A DNA stretch of 64,000 nt from Nitrosopumilus sp. (GCA_965219345.1 OZ244732.1:1152001-1216000), one strand, 5' to 3'. Counted from the stretch's first letter, positions 30,076 to 39,771 are shown. The notes: generated from the letters alone by a model not told the origin. Made by a program: numbers and translations.

Positions 30076-30345
30076 TTATTCTTCCTCTAAATATTCTTGA
30101 ATTCTGTCAATCATCTTTGGATTCAAACTGACCTCTAATCCATATCCTGTAGGTTTTGATAAAATCAGATTCTCTTTGATCAGGGATTCTCCCATTTTAT
30201 CCACTTTTTTGGAACCTTGTTTTCCAGTATCTCTCTGTGTGAACCCTTTCTTGAGATTTTCAAATGAGGTATGACTAGCACCCCAATTTCCACGTCTGAA
30301 GAGTTTTCGTATGATTCTACCTTTAATTTCATCATCTGTTAGCAT
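30076..30345 (-). CDS. small basic hypothetical protein (winged-helix-like)
   Basis: Intact 89-aa ORF (KLFRRGNWGASHTS..NL.KG, LI.SKPTGYG.EVSLNP), divergent from a wHTH gene. Confidence 0.7.
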   Translation of the reverse strand: MLTDDEIKGRIIRKLFRRGNWGASHTSFENLKKGFTQRDTGKQGSKKVDKMGESLIKENLILSKPTGYGLEVSLNPKMIDRIQEYLEEE

Positions 30346-30407
30346 GTGTTCACTTACAGTACCTTTGTTGGTTCACATTTAAATACATTTAAAATCATAG
30401 TATTACT

Positions 30408-30731
30408 ATGAAAGACCAATCACTACTCCTACAGTACATGGGAGATACTCCTAAACTCAGAATAATAGACTTCTTTCTGGATAATAGAGAGAGTGACTAT
30501 TCTAAAAAAGAGATTATAGAATACACTGGTATTTCTAAAACTACGTTCTACAAGGTTTGGGATGGAATTTTAGAATTTGAGTATCTAAAAACTACAAGAA
30601 AGTATGGTAAGGCACAACTGTATGCATTAAATCCAGATTCTACACTTATCCAGAAGTTTAAAGATCTGGATAATGAACTTGGGAAGCAATCTATGAAAAA
30701 AGCAGTACAAGAACCAATTCCTGCCTTGTAA
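30408..30731 (+). CDS. winged helix-turn-helix transcriptional regulator
   Basis: GDTPKLRIIDFF..DYSKKEIIEYTGISKTTFY...TRKYGKAQLYALN. Confidence 0.8.
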   Translation: MKDQSLLLQYMGDTPKLRIIDFFLDNRESDYSKKEIIEYTGISKTTFYKVWDGILEFEYLKTTRKYGKAQLYALNPDSTLIQKFKDLDNELGKQSMKKAVQEPIPAL

Positions 30732-31006
30732 AACTTATCAGTTAGTGTAGTGTGGAAGGTGTGTGGGTGTAGTATGTCTCTAAAAGCAACATTGTACAGA
30801 AGCAGTAAGGAATCAAACGTTAGAACAGATCTTAATTTTGTGGAAGCATCACTAATCGAGGTTGATGGGAAAAACAAGTGGAAAACCATAATCCAAAACG
30901 CCTTATTGAACACAGCTACGGAGCAATTTTTTGGAGAAAACATGTCTCGAAGATTACACAGAACCTTGAAATTAATAAAACATACGATATTTCAGGATGA
31001 TTGAAA

Positions 31007-31534
31007 ATGGGTGTCAAAAATTTTTGGTCATTACATGTTGATGAAGCACTAGTTGCAAGTAAAATAAAGGACAAATTATCTAGTGATTACGAAGTATTTT
31101 TCCCTTATAATTCTCAATTAAAAGATTTTGATTTGATAATATACAATGTAAAAAATCATAAAACAAAAACTGTTCAAGTAAAAAGTTCACAAGGGTATCG
31201 TTCTTATGATTCAACTGCAAGTGGTCATAAAGTTCCTAAAAAGAAAATAAATCCTGAAAAGGTAGATTATTTTATTTTTACTTCACATCTTGAAGTTCCT
31301 AAAAAAAATAAAATTAAACTGGGTATTAAAACCCATTATGTAATAATCCCTACAAAGGAACTTCTGGAGATCGTAAATAAAACAAAAATTTCACCTAAAG
31401 GAATTTGCCGTTTTTCATTTTGTATAGAAGATAAAAAATTATGGGACTGTTGGGAAGGATACCTTAAACCTGCGTACAAAGAAAAGTGGGTTTCATATGA
31501 AAAATATCATGATAAGTGGAAACAACTGTCTTAG
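31007..31534 (+). CDS. PD-(D/E)XK-family endonuclease
   Basis: E-helix DEALV, then FDL...VQVKS, i.e. a D...QxK catalytic pattern. Confidence 0.65.
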   Translation: MGVKNFWSLHVDEALVASKIKDKLSSDYEVFFPYNSQLKDFDLIIYNVKNHKTKTVQVKSSQGYRSYDSTASGHKVPKKKINPEKVDYFIFTSHLEVPKKNKIKLGIKTHYVIIPTKELLEIVNKTKISPKGICRFSFCIEDKKLWDCWEGYLKPAYKEKWVSYEKYHDKWKQLS

Positions 31535-31713
31535 CTGCGATATCTTTGGATAGACATTTCGTTGGAACTGAAAAAGAAAAAAAATATTACAAAATTGCTC
31601 TTAAACGAATTAAAGAAATTGGCAGAGAATCAAGAAAGTATTCCTCTAATCCACGGGAAAAAATAAAATTAAATCCTAATCAAAATAAATTGTCTAAATT
31701 GCAGACCTATTGA
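31531..31713 (+). pseudogene. C-terminal remnant of an N4/N6 DNA methyltransferase
   Basis: LAAISLDRHFVGTEKEKKYYKIALKRI matches the AA..L.R.F.G.E...Y..IA..RI tail of beta-class MTases. The upstream motifs are absent. Confidence 0.6.
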
Positions 31714-31718
31714 ATATT

Positions 31719-32425
31719 ATGAGTACATCTAAAAAACAAAAAACTAATTTTCAAAAATATCTTTGTGTGGATCCTAGTTTTTTTTCTAGTGTAAAACGAT
31801 TTGATACTCTTCCAGATGTTTTGAATAATTTAAAAAATTCTGAATCAAAAATTGTTTTACCTTCATCGTTAAAACCACTTTCTCCACATCGTGATGACTA
31901 TAATGAAAGACTTTCAACGGATCTGATGTTATAGAATTTCTGCAAAAGTGGAATCCTTTTTTTAATAAAAAAATTAAAACAGAATTTATATCCATTAAAG
32001 AAAAATTTCTCGAATTTTTCCAAACATTTAGACCTGTTTTTGCAGATGAGCTAGTTGGTAATTTAGAGAAAATTGGTCCACAATCAATTCATGGATCAAC
32101 TGTTATGGAAAAATTAGGCAAAATTGGTGATAGTATCTTTGAATTAATGGCAGTATGCACTGAAAAATCTGGAATTATTGTATCTTATGGGAAAAAACTT
32201 GTTTCATTTATCCGTAAAATAACTACTCCCCTTCTGGAAGGTTATTCAAATCATAAACATGACATGATTGATAACGGTTTTGCTCCAAAAACTTTGAAAA
32301 TTCTTGGAATCTTTTTTTCTGCATTATCTGCTAATGATTTTATTGACACTTTTGATATCGTAGGTATGCCAATCCCATTAACTGACATTGGTGAATTTGG
32401 TTGGGCAATTATTGCAAATGGATAA
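31719..32425 (+). pseudogene. frameshifted hypothetical gene (possibly PIN-like)
   Basis: The ORF from 31719 (LCVDPSFF) shifts frame near 31920 into a frame that stays open to 32425. Confidence 0.5.
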
Positions 32426-32426
32426 T

Positions 32427-32833
32427 TCTATGTCTTTTTGTCAGAATCATTCATAAAATCAGAGACTTTTTGATTAAATTCTTTCAATTCTGGCAAGTAC
32501 TCTGGATGCTCAGGAGATGGACAAGCAAAAATATCTTTTCCTTCGGTTAAGGCCCCCACCAAAACATTGATTCAATTGCTCAAATGATGCTTTATCATGC
32601 CTGATAGTAATTACAATTGCACCAAACTTTCCAAATCCTCCATATGACTCCTCCTAAGATTTAATGTCTGTATCAACTACTAACTCTGGACATGTCTTTG
32701 ATAGTCTAAATTCTAAAGCTGGTAAAGCATCATTTGATGTCATGATTATTCACCATTCTCTACTTCTAATGTATGGATGAATAATTCCAAAGATTTCTTC
32801 TTGTTTTACTTCTTTGGGGTTTAGTTTGTACAT
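32427..32833 (-). pseudogene. degraded gene coupled to the 3' end of the helicase gene
   Basis: ATG overlaps the helicase stop (MYKLNPKEVKQEE...). Coding-like sequence is interrupted by stops and frameshifts. Confidence 0.35.
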
Positions 32834-35800
32834 TATTCATTTACCATCTTTGCATCACAAATACTCTGATATGAACAAAACTTACATGCCCGATAACTTG
32901 GTGTCGGTTCAAAATTTTCTTTGAGAATCTCTTTTGTCATTTCCATAATTGGCTCTATTGCATCATCAACTGATTCTTTAGTCACTGGGTATTCTACCAT
33001 CTTGTCTTTTTCTACATAAAACAAAGATGCTTTGACAGGTAACTCGCCTTTCATTTTTTCAACTGCTTTAGCATAGATATTAAGCTGCGGATCTATCTTT
33101 GCTTTGTTTTTGGATTTAACTGAAGAGCCAGACTTGAAATCAACTACTTCATATTTTCCATCAGGATTTTTCTCCAACCTGTCAATTCTTCCGGTAAATG
33201 TAATCTCACCAATTTTTACTTCAAATGGAATCTCTGCATCTACTAGTGTATTTTTTGTCTCATCTTCCCATTTCAGATATGTGTCAATCATTTGTTCTGC
33301 CCTTCCCAGTGCTCTGTTCTCATCTGTTTGATTTTGATAAGAACGGAAAATCCATTTCTCTTTGAGTTTTTCCATGCCTTTCTTTTTGGTTAATTTCTTA
33401 CCTTTTGCTTTCTCATCTGCCATATCCTCAGCAACCGCATGAATTACAGTTCCAAGATCAGTAGCTATGCTTGCGGGTTGTGGAACTCGCATAATTTTTT
33501 GATACTTGAATTTCAAAGGACAGTCCTCATAGGCTTTGATACTGCTAGGTGACAGAGTGAATGTTTCTTTGTTGATCAGATGCTGTTTAATCCCCGCATA
33601 TTCTGAAGACAGATCCAAGTCACTGACATCAATTTTTAATATCGTTTCAGGCTCAAAACCCTCAAAATTTCCTTGTTTCTCATAGTGTTTTAGTCTGGCG
33701 AGCTCCACTATTCTATGAATTGCAGTAGTTAGATGAGATTGATTTATGGCGCTAGTTGCTTCTTTTTGAAGGTCCGACTTTTCTCTTTCAATTACATCTT
33801 CTGCTTCCATGTTAAGGTCATCCGATTCGTCAAAGTCAATTAGTTTGATTAGTGGATTCTTTTCATAATCTAATTCCTGCAAAAACTGTGATGGTGGTTT
33901 TTCATTGATGTTTCCAGTATATCGTTTTGGATATAACAAAAATAATTTGTTCATTGCTCTAGTCATACACACATAGAGTAATCTTCTCTCTTCTTCAATA
34001 TGTAACTCACCAGTATCTGCAGTTCTATCCATCCCTTTCATTAATTCTGTTGGTATTGTAAATGGCAGCTCTCTCCAATTTCCAGGGAATTTTCCATCAG
34101 CCAAATCAGTAACGAAAACGATTGGAAATTGTTTTCCTTTGCTTTTGTGCATTGTTAAAACATTAACAGTATCTTCTAGAATTATATCTTCAATTTCGAT
34201 CTCAAATTCACTTATAATTTCAATGTGTTCTAAAAATTCAGATAGCGGACTAGTAGGATAAATATCTTGAAACTCTTGTGCAATCTCATAGAATTTATTT
34301 AGTAATAAAATATTTTTTTTGTCATATGCTTTATCTGAATTTACCGATTTTTTATACAGATCAGAAATATTAAACATAATTTTATAGACCAGTTCGCTAA
34401 TTGCTGCATGAGCAGTCAGTCCCAGTACTTTGTCAATTTGCTCAATCAATTCTGCAATCTCTGATTTTTGTGCAATGTCAAATTTATCGTAATCCCTCAT
34501 AGTTTCCAAAACTAAATCTTGCTCTCCTGCATAGACATGTCTTGCTTTTTTATGTGCGGCATTGGTTAGAACTGCAATGTTTTGATCAGAGGTTCCATGA
34601 CTTTTGAGCAGTCGATATATTTCAGCTCCCGTTGTTGTAGGTGAATTGGCTATTTTTAGAAATGAAAATAAATCCAAAATGGCAGGACTGGTAAAGATAT
34701 TGGTCTCACCCACAAAGGTGGCAGGAATTCCAAAAGAGCGAAGGGATTTTGTAAATTTCTGGCCTTCAACTTTACGCCTAGATAGAATTGCAATGTCTTT
34801 GTAGGTGATTGGTGAGGTGGTACCGTCCCGTCTTTTGAGTGGTTTATCAATTAATGAGCGAATTGTCTTTACTGTAAATTCAACTTCACCATTGTCCGTT
34901 GGGGTTCTAACTACATTGACTAGATCCCCGTCTTCTTCATCAGAATATAGGGATTTTCTCTCTCTTTGTTTAATTGGATCTAATAGTTGATTTGCAAGCT
35001 TTACAATATTTTTTGTACTACGATAGTTTCTGGACAGTTCAATTTTTTTAAAACCAGAATATGTTTCCTCAAAGTCTTTAAAGATTCCAAAATGTGCTCC
35101 CTGAAATCTCATAATGCATTGATCATCATCACCTACTACCGTGATATTTCCTGCCTTGGCTAAAATTTTGACTAGTTGTAACTGAGAATAATTGTTATCT
35201 TGAAATTCATCTACAAGAATATACTTGAATTTATCCAGATAGTTTTGCAATACTGCTGGATCTTTTCTTAATAGTTCTATAGCTTTGGTTATCATATCAT
35301 CATAATCAATTAGGTTTTTCTCTTCACGATAATCTTCATATGCTTTGTATACTTTGTTAAATTCATTTAATCTATGGTAGAATTTTAATTCCTTTTGAAC
35401 TTCGACATCATCCTGCTCTGCCTTGCATAATTTTTTCAAATTTGAATCAATATATTTTTCTAATTCTTGTGGTGTGGTTATCTCTTCTTTGAAAGAACTG
35501 ATTGCTTTCAGTATTGCAGCATAGGTTCGTATCTGATTATTTCCAAGATCTAAATAATCCGTGTTAAAATCAAACTTGTCGGTATTTCTTATACACCAAA
35601 CAAGCTGTGATGTTTTTTTGAAAATTTTGGTTGACTTGCCCAAACCTGACTCGATAAAGTTGTCTTCAAGAATCTCTTTTGTAAATGCATGAAATGTGTT
35701 TATCTTTGTATCGAGTATTCCATGCTTTTCTAGCCTCAGTTTCATTTCACCTGCAGCTTTTCCAGTAAATGTCATACACAAAATCGATGATTGTGGAATT

Positions 35801-35934
35801 CCTGATTTAACTAGATTGAGAACTTTTTCGACAATGACAAAGGTTTTGCCACTGCCAGGACCCGCAATGATCATAGATGGACCTTGAGTTTGCTTTATTG
35901 CCTCTTTCTGTTGTTCATTAAGTTGTGAACTCAT
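32833..35934 (-). CDS. UvrD/PcrA-type SF1A helicase fused to a C-terminal RecB-family PD-(D/E)XK nuclease with Fe-S cysteines (AddA/AdnAB-like)
   Basis: AGPGSGKT, VDEFQD, VGDDDQ, NYRS, TMHKSKGKQF, EERRLLYVCMTRA. Nuclease part: LSPS...CP, GRIDR, DFKSG, QLNIYA, CKFCSYQSIC. Confidence 0.9.
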   Translation of the reverse strand: MSSQLNEQQKEAIKQTQGPSMIIAGPGSGKTFVIVEKVLNLVKSGIPQSSILCMTFTGKAAGEMKLRLEKHGILDTKINTFHAFTKEILEDNFIESGLGKSTKIFKKTSQLVWCIRNTDKFDFNTDYLDLGNNQIRTYAAILKAISSFKEEITTPQELEKYIDSNLKKLCKAEQDDVEVQKELKFYHRLNEFNKVYKAYEDYREEKNLIDYDDMITKAIELLRKDPAVLQNYLDKFKYILVDEFQDNNYSQLQLVKILAKAGNITVVGDDDQCIMRFQGAHFGIFKDFEETYSGFKKIELSRNYRSTKNIVKLANQLLDPIKQRERKSLYSDEEDGDLVNVVRTPTDNGEVEFTVKTIRSLIDKPLKRRDGTTSPITYKDIAILSRRKVEGQKFTKSLRSFGIPATFVGETNIFTSPAILDLFSFLKIANSPTTTGAEIYRLLKSHGTSDQNIAVLTNAAHKKARHVYAGEQDLVLETMRDYDKFDIAQKSEIAELIEQIDKVLGLTAHAAISELVYKIMFNISDLYKKSVNSDKAYDKKNILLLNKFYEIAQEFQDIYPTSPLSEFLEHIEIISEFEIEIEDIILEDTVNVLTMHKSKGKQFPIVFVTDLADGKFPGNWRELPFTIPTELMKGMDRTADTGELHIEEERRLLYVCMTRAMNKLFLLYPKRYTGNINEKPPSQFLQELDYEKNPLIKLIDFDESDDLNMEAEDVIEREKSDLQKEATSAINQSHLTTAIHRIVELARLKHYEKQGNFEGFEPETILKIDVSDLDLSSEYAGIKQHLINKETFTLSPSSIKAYEDCPLKFKYQKIMRVPQPASIATDLGTVIHAVAEDMADEKAKGKKLTKKKGMEKLKEKWIFRSYQNQTDENRALGRAEQMIDTYLKWEDETKNTLVDAEIPFEVKIGEITFTGRIDRLEKNPDGKYEVVDFKSGSSVKSKNKAKIDPQLNIYAKAVEKMKGELPVKASLFYVEKDKMVEYPVTKESVDDAIEPIMEMTKEILKENFEPTPSYRACKFCSYQSICDAKMVNE

Positions 35935-36617
35935 AATTTCACCTGATAATACCAATAGATCTAGTGCCACATAACTTGGATCTTATTACGTAATTCTTGG
36001 ATTTTTCACTCATCTCAATTACCTTGATAAAACTTACTCCAGAAGGAAGTAATACTGCATCATCTTTATTTTGATGCAAAGGTGCGGTATTTGGATTTTC
36101 TTCTAATGACTTTTTTACTCTAAATATGATGATTGATTTGTGCCTGAAGTGTGATTGATTCAGTGATTTGATTGAAAATTTATGCTTGATTTTACGCATG
36201 CAAATCAATCAATAACTTCCCATATATTATAGAGGGGTCATGGTTTGATTGATTGATTCAATTGGAGTGACAACCATGATTATTGAAATCAAAAACGGAC
36301 TCGAGTAATATGGATTATTCATTAATCTAATAATTGAAGCACACGTGACATGCAGACAAGATTTTTAGGATTTTATAATGGATTTTGAATTTCCATTCCA
36401 GTCATAAAGTCTAGACGGCCCAGACTTTCATTTCATACCATGTTATATTCTACCAGAAGAAGATAGAAGTAGAATGGATGCAATTCAAAATGAAAGTGTT
36501 CATTGTGCGTCTTTGAGTGACTGTTCTGGCAATTATTGCCACATTTGGTAGTTTTTTAGAGAATTCTGGACTACTTCCCATTCTTTAAATCCTTACTGAC
36601 TCAATTTTTTATGGTTT

Positions 36618-37574
36618 ATGCTAGTACAACAGACTCCAGAACTTAAAGATGAGATTCTGAGACTCAAGAAAGAAAAAGATGTGATCATTTTGGCACACAA
36701 TTACCAGATTCCTGACGTACAGGATGTAGCTGATTTCACAGGAGATTCTCTGGGTCTTTCAAGACAAGCAGCAAAAGTTGATCAAAAAACAATTCTGTTT
36801 TGTGGTGTAAAATTTATGGCAGAAACTACTGCAATCATCAGCCCTGAAAAAAAAGTGTTGCTTCCGGATTTAGAGGCTGGGTGTTCATTATCTGACTCTA
36901 TTACTGTTGATGAACTACAAAATTGGAAGAAACAACATCTAGGTGCTATTGTAGTTGGTTATGTTAATACAACTGCAGAAATCAAAGCAGAACTTGATTA
37001 TTGTTGCACATCTTCAAACGCTATAAATGTTGTAAAAGCAATTCCTGAAGATAGGGAAATTTTATTTTTACCTGACATGTTTCTTGGCGCTTATGTTGCA
37101 AAAATGACTGGAAGAAAAAATATGCGCATATGGGCAGGTGAGTGTCATGTCCATGCAGGAATCACTCCTGAAGATATTGCCAAAAAATTAGATTCAATGA
37201 AAGATGCTGAATTTGTTATTCATCCAGAGTGTGGTTGTACTACTCCATTCATGTATGATATTGCAGATGGACGTTTTGATGATAAAAAAGTTTCAATACT
37301 TTCTACTGATGGAATGCTAAAACATGTCAATAAATCAAAATCAAAGAACTTTGTTGTTGCTACTGAAACTGGAATACTGTATAGAATGAGAAAAGATAAT
37401 CCTGGAAAAACATTTGTTCCTGCATCGGATAAAGCTGAATGTCAATACATGAAGATGATTACACTTGAAAAAGTGTATGATGCATTGGTAAATGAAAGAT
37501 ATCTTGTCACCGTTCCTAAAGAAATTGCCGATAAGGCTAGCCTGGCAATTAATAGAATGCTTGAAATCAAATAG
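36618..37574 (+). CDS. nadA: quinolinate synthase
   Basis: AHNYQ, GDSL, FCGVKFMAE, AGCSL, YVNT, CHVH, HPEC, CQYMK. Confidence 0.96.
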   Translation: MLVQQTPELKDEILRLKKEKDVIILAHNYQIPDVQDVADFTGDSLGLSRQAAKVDQKTILFCGVKFMAETTAIISPEKKVLLPDLEAGCSLSDSITVDELQNWKKQHLGAIVVGYVNTTAEIKAELDYCCTSSNAINVVKAIPEDREILFLPDMFLGAYVAKMTGRKNMRIWAGECHVHAGITPEDIAKKLDSMKDAEFVIHPECGCTTPFMYDIADGRFDDKKVSILSTDGMLKHVNKSKSKNFVVATETGILYRMRKDNPGKTFVPASDKAECQYMKMITLEKVYDALVNERYLVTVPKEIADKASLAINRMLEIK

Positions 37575-37579
37575 ATTGC

Positions 37580-37981
37580 GTGGCTATTTTGGTTGGGTTA
37601 TTTAGTAGAACGCCAAAAGATTCTCAAACAAAAGATGATATCCGAAAATTCAAAGAACTCAAGAAACTTGTCAAAGAAAAAAAGTATCCAGCTGCATTAA
37701 AATCAGGCACAGAAATTTTGAAAAAAACCCCTAACCATCATGATGTTTTGTTTATTGTTGGCGGAATTTACTATATGAAAAACAAGTACAAGACTGCCAT
37801 TCCCTACTTTGACCGATCTCTTGAAATTGGTTCTCACGATATTGATGTCTTGCTTTTGAAGGCATATTCACATCAGAAATTGAATGAAAACAAACGAGTA
37901 CTCCAATGTTGTGAAAAAATTCGAGAAATTGATCCAAAAAATAAAGCAGCTTCTGAATTATTAGAACGATTGAATTCTTAA
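37580..37981 (+). CDS. TPR-repeat protein
   Basis: Three TPR-like units. Confidence 0.75.
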   Translation: MAILVGLFSRTPKDSQTKDDIRKFKELKKLVKEKKYPAALKSGTEILKKTPNHHDVLFIVGGIYYMKNKYKTAIPYFDRSLEIGSHDIDVLLLKAYSHQKLNENKRVLQCCEKIREIDPKNKAASELLERLNS

Positions 37982-38796
37982 ATTTCTAAACTCATATCAA
38001 TTCCTTTCACAGAATTTGTAATGGCACCAATTGAAATAATGTCAACTCCAGTTTTGCCATATTTAGATATGTTCTTAGAATTTATCCCACCCGATGCTTC
38101 AAGCAACACCCTGTTTCGTAATTTCTGGTTCTTAAGAACTTTAATTGTTCTCTTGATTTGAGTTGGAGAAAAATTATCCAACATAATTATTGTTGCTCCT
38201 TCTTTTGCAGCAAGAACTGCATCCGGAATATTTTCAACCTCTACTTCAAATTTTTTATATCTTCTCTTTGCTCTTTTAATTATGAATGATAATGAATTTA
38301 CAACAGCAATGTGATTATCTTTAATCATAACCATTTCATCTAACCTAATTCTGTGCTTTTTACCTCCTCCTATCTCGACTGCTTCTTTGTCAAAGTATCG
38401 AAGACCTGGGGCAGTCTTTCTTGTTGCATACAATTTTGTTTTCTTTGGAATTTTCTTCACAAGTTCATTCGTTTGAGTTGCAATTCCGCTCATTCTTGTG
38501 AGAAGATTTAGTGCAGTTCTTTCACATGCCAAAATCTTTCCTGCATCTCCACTAATAATCATTATAGTTTGATTTGGTTTTATTTTGGACCCATCTTTTT
38601 TTGAAATTTTGACATTACATCCATTTAGTTTGAAAATTTCTTTTGCATGTATTGCACCTGCAATAATAGCATCTTCTCTTGAAATAATCCTAACAAAAAT
38701 TTTTATCTTGGGTAAAAGCGCACTTGTAATATCTCCTTTACCCATATCTTCAGCAAGAAATCGTGATAATTGTTTTTTAGAATTAAATGGCAACAT
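37978..38796 (-). CDS. nadC: nicotinate-nucleotide pyrophosphorylase (quinolinate phosphoribosyltransferase)
   Basis: ERTALN, SGIAT, TRKT.PGLR, IKDNH, MLDN, EASGGI. Confidence 0.95.
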   Translation of the reverse strand: MLPFNSKKQLSRFLAEDMGKGDITSALLPKIKIFVRIISREDAIIAGAIHAKEIFKLNGCNVKISKKDGSKIKPNQTIMIISGDAGKILACERTALNLLTRMSGIATQTNELVKKIPKKTKLYATRKTAPGLRYFDKEAVEIGGGKKHRIRLDEMVMIKDNHIAVVNSLSFIIKRAKRRYKKFEVEVENIPDAVLAAKEGATIIMLDNFSPTQIKRTIKVLKNQKLRNRVLLEASGGINSKNISKYGKTGVDIISIGAITNSVKGIDMSLEI

Positions 38797-38837
38797 AATG
38801 TAAAATGTTAATGTAATTTTAAAGATTTAGAAATATC

Positions 38838-39026
38838 TTATGTCACTTTAATAGCGTACTTGCCTTTTTGAGTGATGCCAAGAGTTTTTGAAATTTCTGA
38901 ATTTGTTGGTTCAACTACAAGTACTATTCCATTCCAATCTGGCGTCAAGTCTGATGATTTACAAATTGGACAAACTTTTCCTGTTGTTATAAATTTGCAT
39001 TTTCTGCATGCCATTTCCCGTGCCAT
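38838..39026 (-). CDS. spt4: transcription elongation factor Spt4 (RpoE'')
   Basis: ACRKC...CPICKS..LT.DW.G...SEI, directly downstream of rpoE'. Confidence 0.93.
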   Translation of the reverse strand: MAREMACRKCKFITTGKVCPICKSSDLTPDWNGIVLVVEPTNSEISKTLGITQKGKYAIKVT

Positions 39027-39027
39027 C

Positions 39028-39624
39028 TTAACTTGCCTCCACTTTAGCTTCTTTTGCTGGTTCGTTCTTATCGCTACCAGATTTCTTAATCTCTTCAGCA
39101 ATCCATGCATCAGCACCAAGGAATGGTTGTCTACATGTAATTCCGATCTTGCCCATTGAAGCTGCTTTTCCTAATGAGACCGCAGTGATTCTTGCACGAA
39201 GTGTAGAGCCAACTTTGAGTGTTCTGCCACTTTGATTAGCTAGAATCATTCCAGATTTTACATCACTCTTAAGATAATCATCCATTACTTGTGACAAGTG
39301 AAGTAACGCATCAGTCGGACCAATTCTTACAAATGCTCCGAAATCTGTAATATCGACAATTTCTCCTAAAACAATTTCTTGTAATTTTGGATAAAATGTC
39401 AATACTTCAAATTCAACTTTATGAAATGTTCCGCCGTCACCTGCAATCATCTTCCCCATTTCATCAACTTTAGCATCTAAAATCATAATGATATAACCCA
39501 AGTCTGCACTAATCATACTCTCGTACTTGTCCTTGAGAATGTTTACTGTAGCCTTCTTGAGTGTAGTTCCAAACAGGCTTGGAGGAATCCTAACAACATC
39601 CAGTAGGGTAGATATAGAAAACAA
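39028..39624 (-). CDS. rpo7: RNA polymerase subunit Rpo7 (RpoE')
   Basis: DVVRIPP, GDGG, FGAFVRIGP.DALLH.SQ, TCRQPFLG. Confidence 0.95.
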   Translation of the reverse strand: MFSISTLLDVVRIPPSLFGTTLKKATVNILKDKYESMISADLGYIIMILDAKVDEMGKMIAGDGGTFHKVEFEVLTFYPKLQEIVLGEIVDITDFGAFVRIGPTDALLHLSQVMDDYLKSDVKSGMILANQSGRTLKVGSTLRARITAVSLGKAASMGKIGITCRQPFLGADAWIAEEIKKSGSDKNEPAKEAKVEAS

Positions 39625-39771
39625 CTGTACTGTTTTTTTGAATTTCAATTTATGAATCTTTGGATGATTTAGGCCTGAATTTTCAAAGATTTTACTAATT
39701 TTCCATATAATTGTTAATTTCTTTTATTGTCTAACCTATGTTTAAATAATGTAAACGGACTTTTTTACACA

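Larger units (their letters stand above)
29692..36533. mobile_element. decaying integrative element (about 6.8 kb) between nadX and nadA
   Basis: TGGCAAT direct repeat at 29692-29698 and 36527-36533. Subterminal inverted repeats at 29710-29722 and 36502-36514 (12/13). Integrase stub next to the left end and cargo rich in pseudogenes. Confidence 0.75.

Noticed and set aside
29975-30090. C-terminal part of the 96-aa ORF 29800-30090 and a 35-codon minus-strand ORF (30074-29967)
   Set aside because: Read-through past the integrase truncation point. The small ORF is unrecognisable and probably a remnant.
30548-31004. Overlapping ORFs 30548-30943 (-) and 30750-31004 (+)
   Set aside because: No recognisable motifs and they overlap the wHTH gene or each other. 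Probably remnant or spurious.
35939-36500. ORF 35939-36208 and coding-like text at 36270-36550
   Set aside because: No recognisable domain, and the latter has several in-frame stops. Left as island debris.
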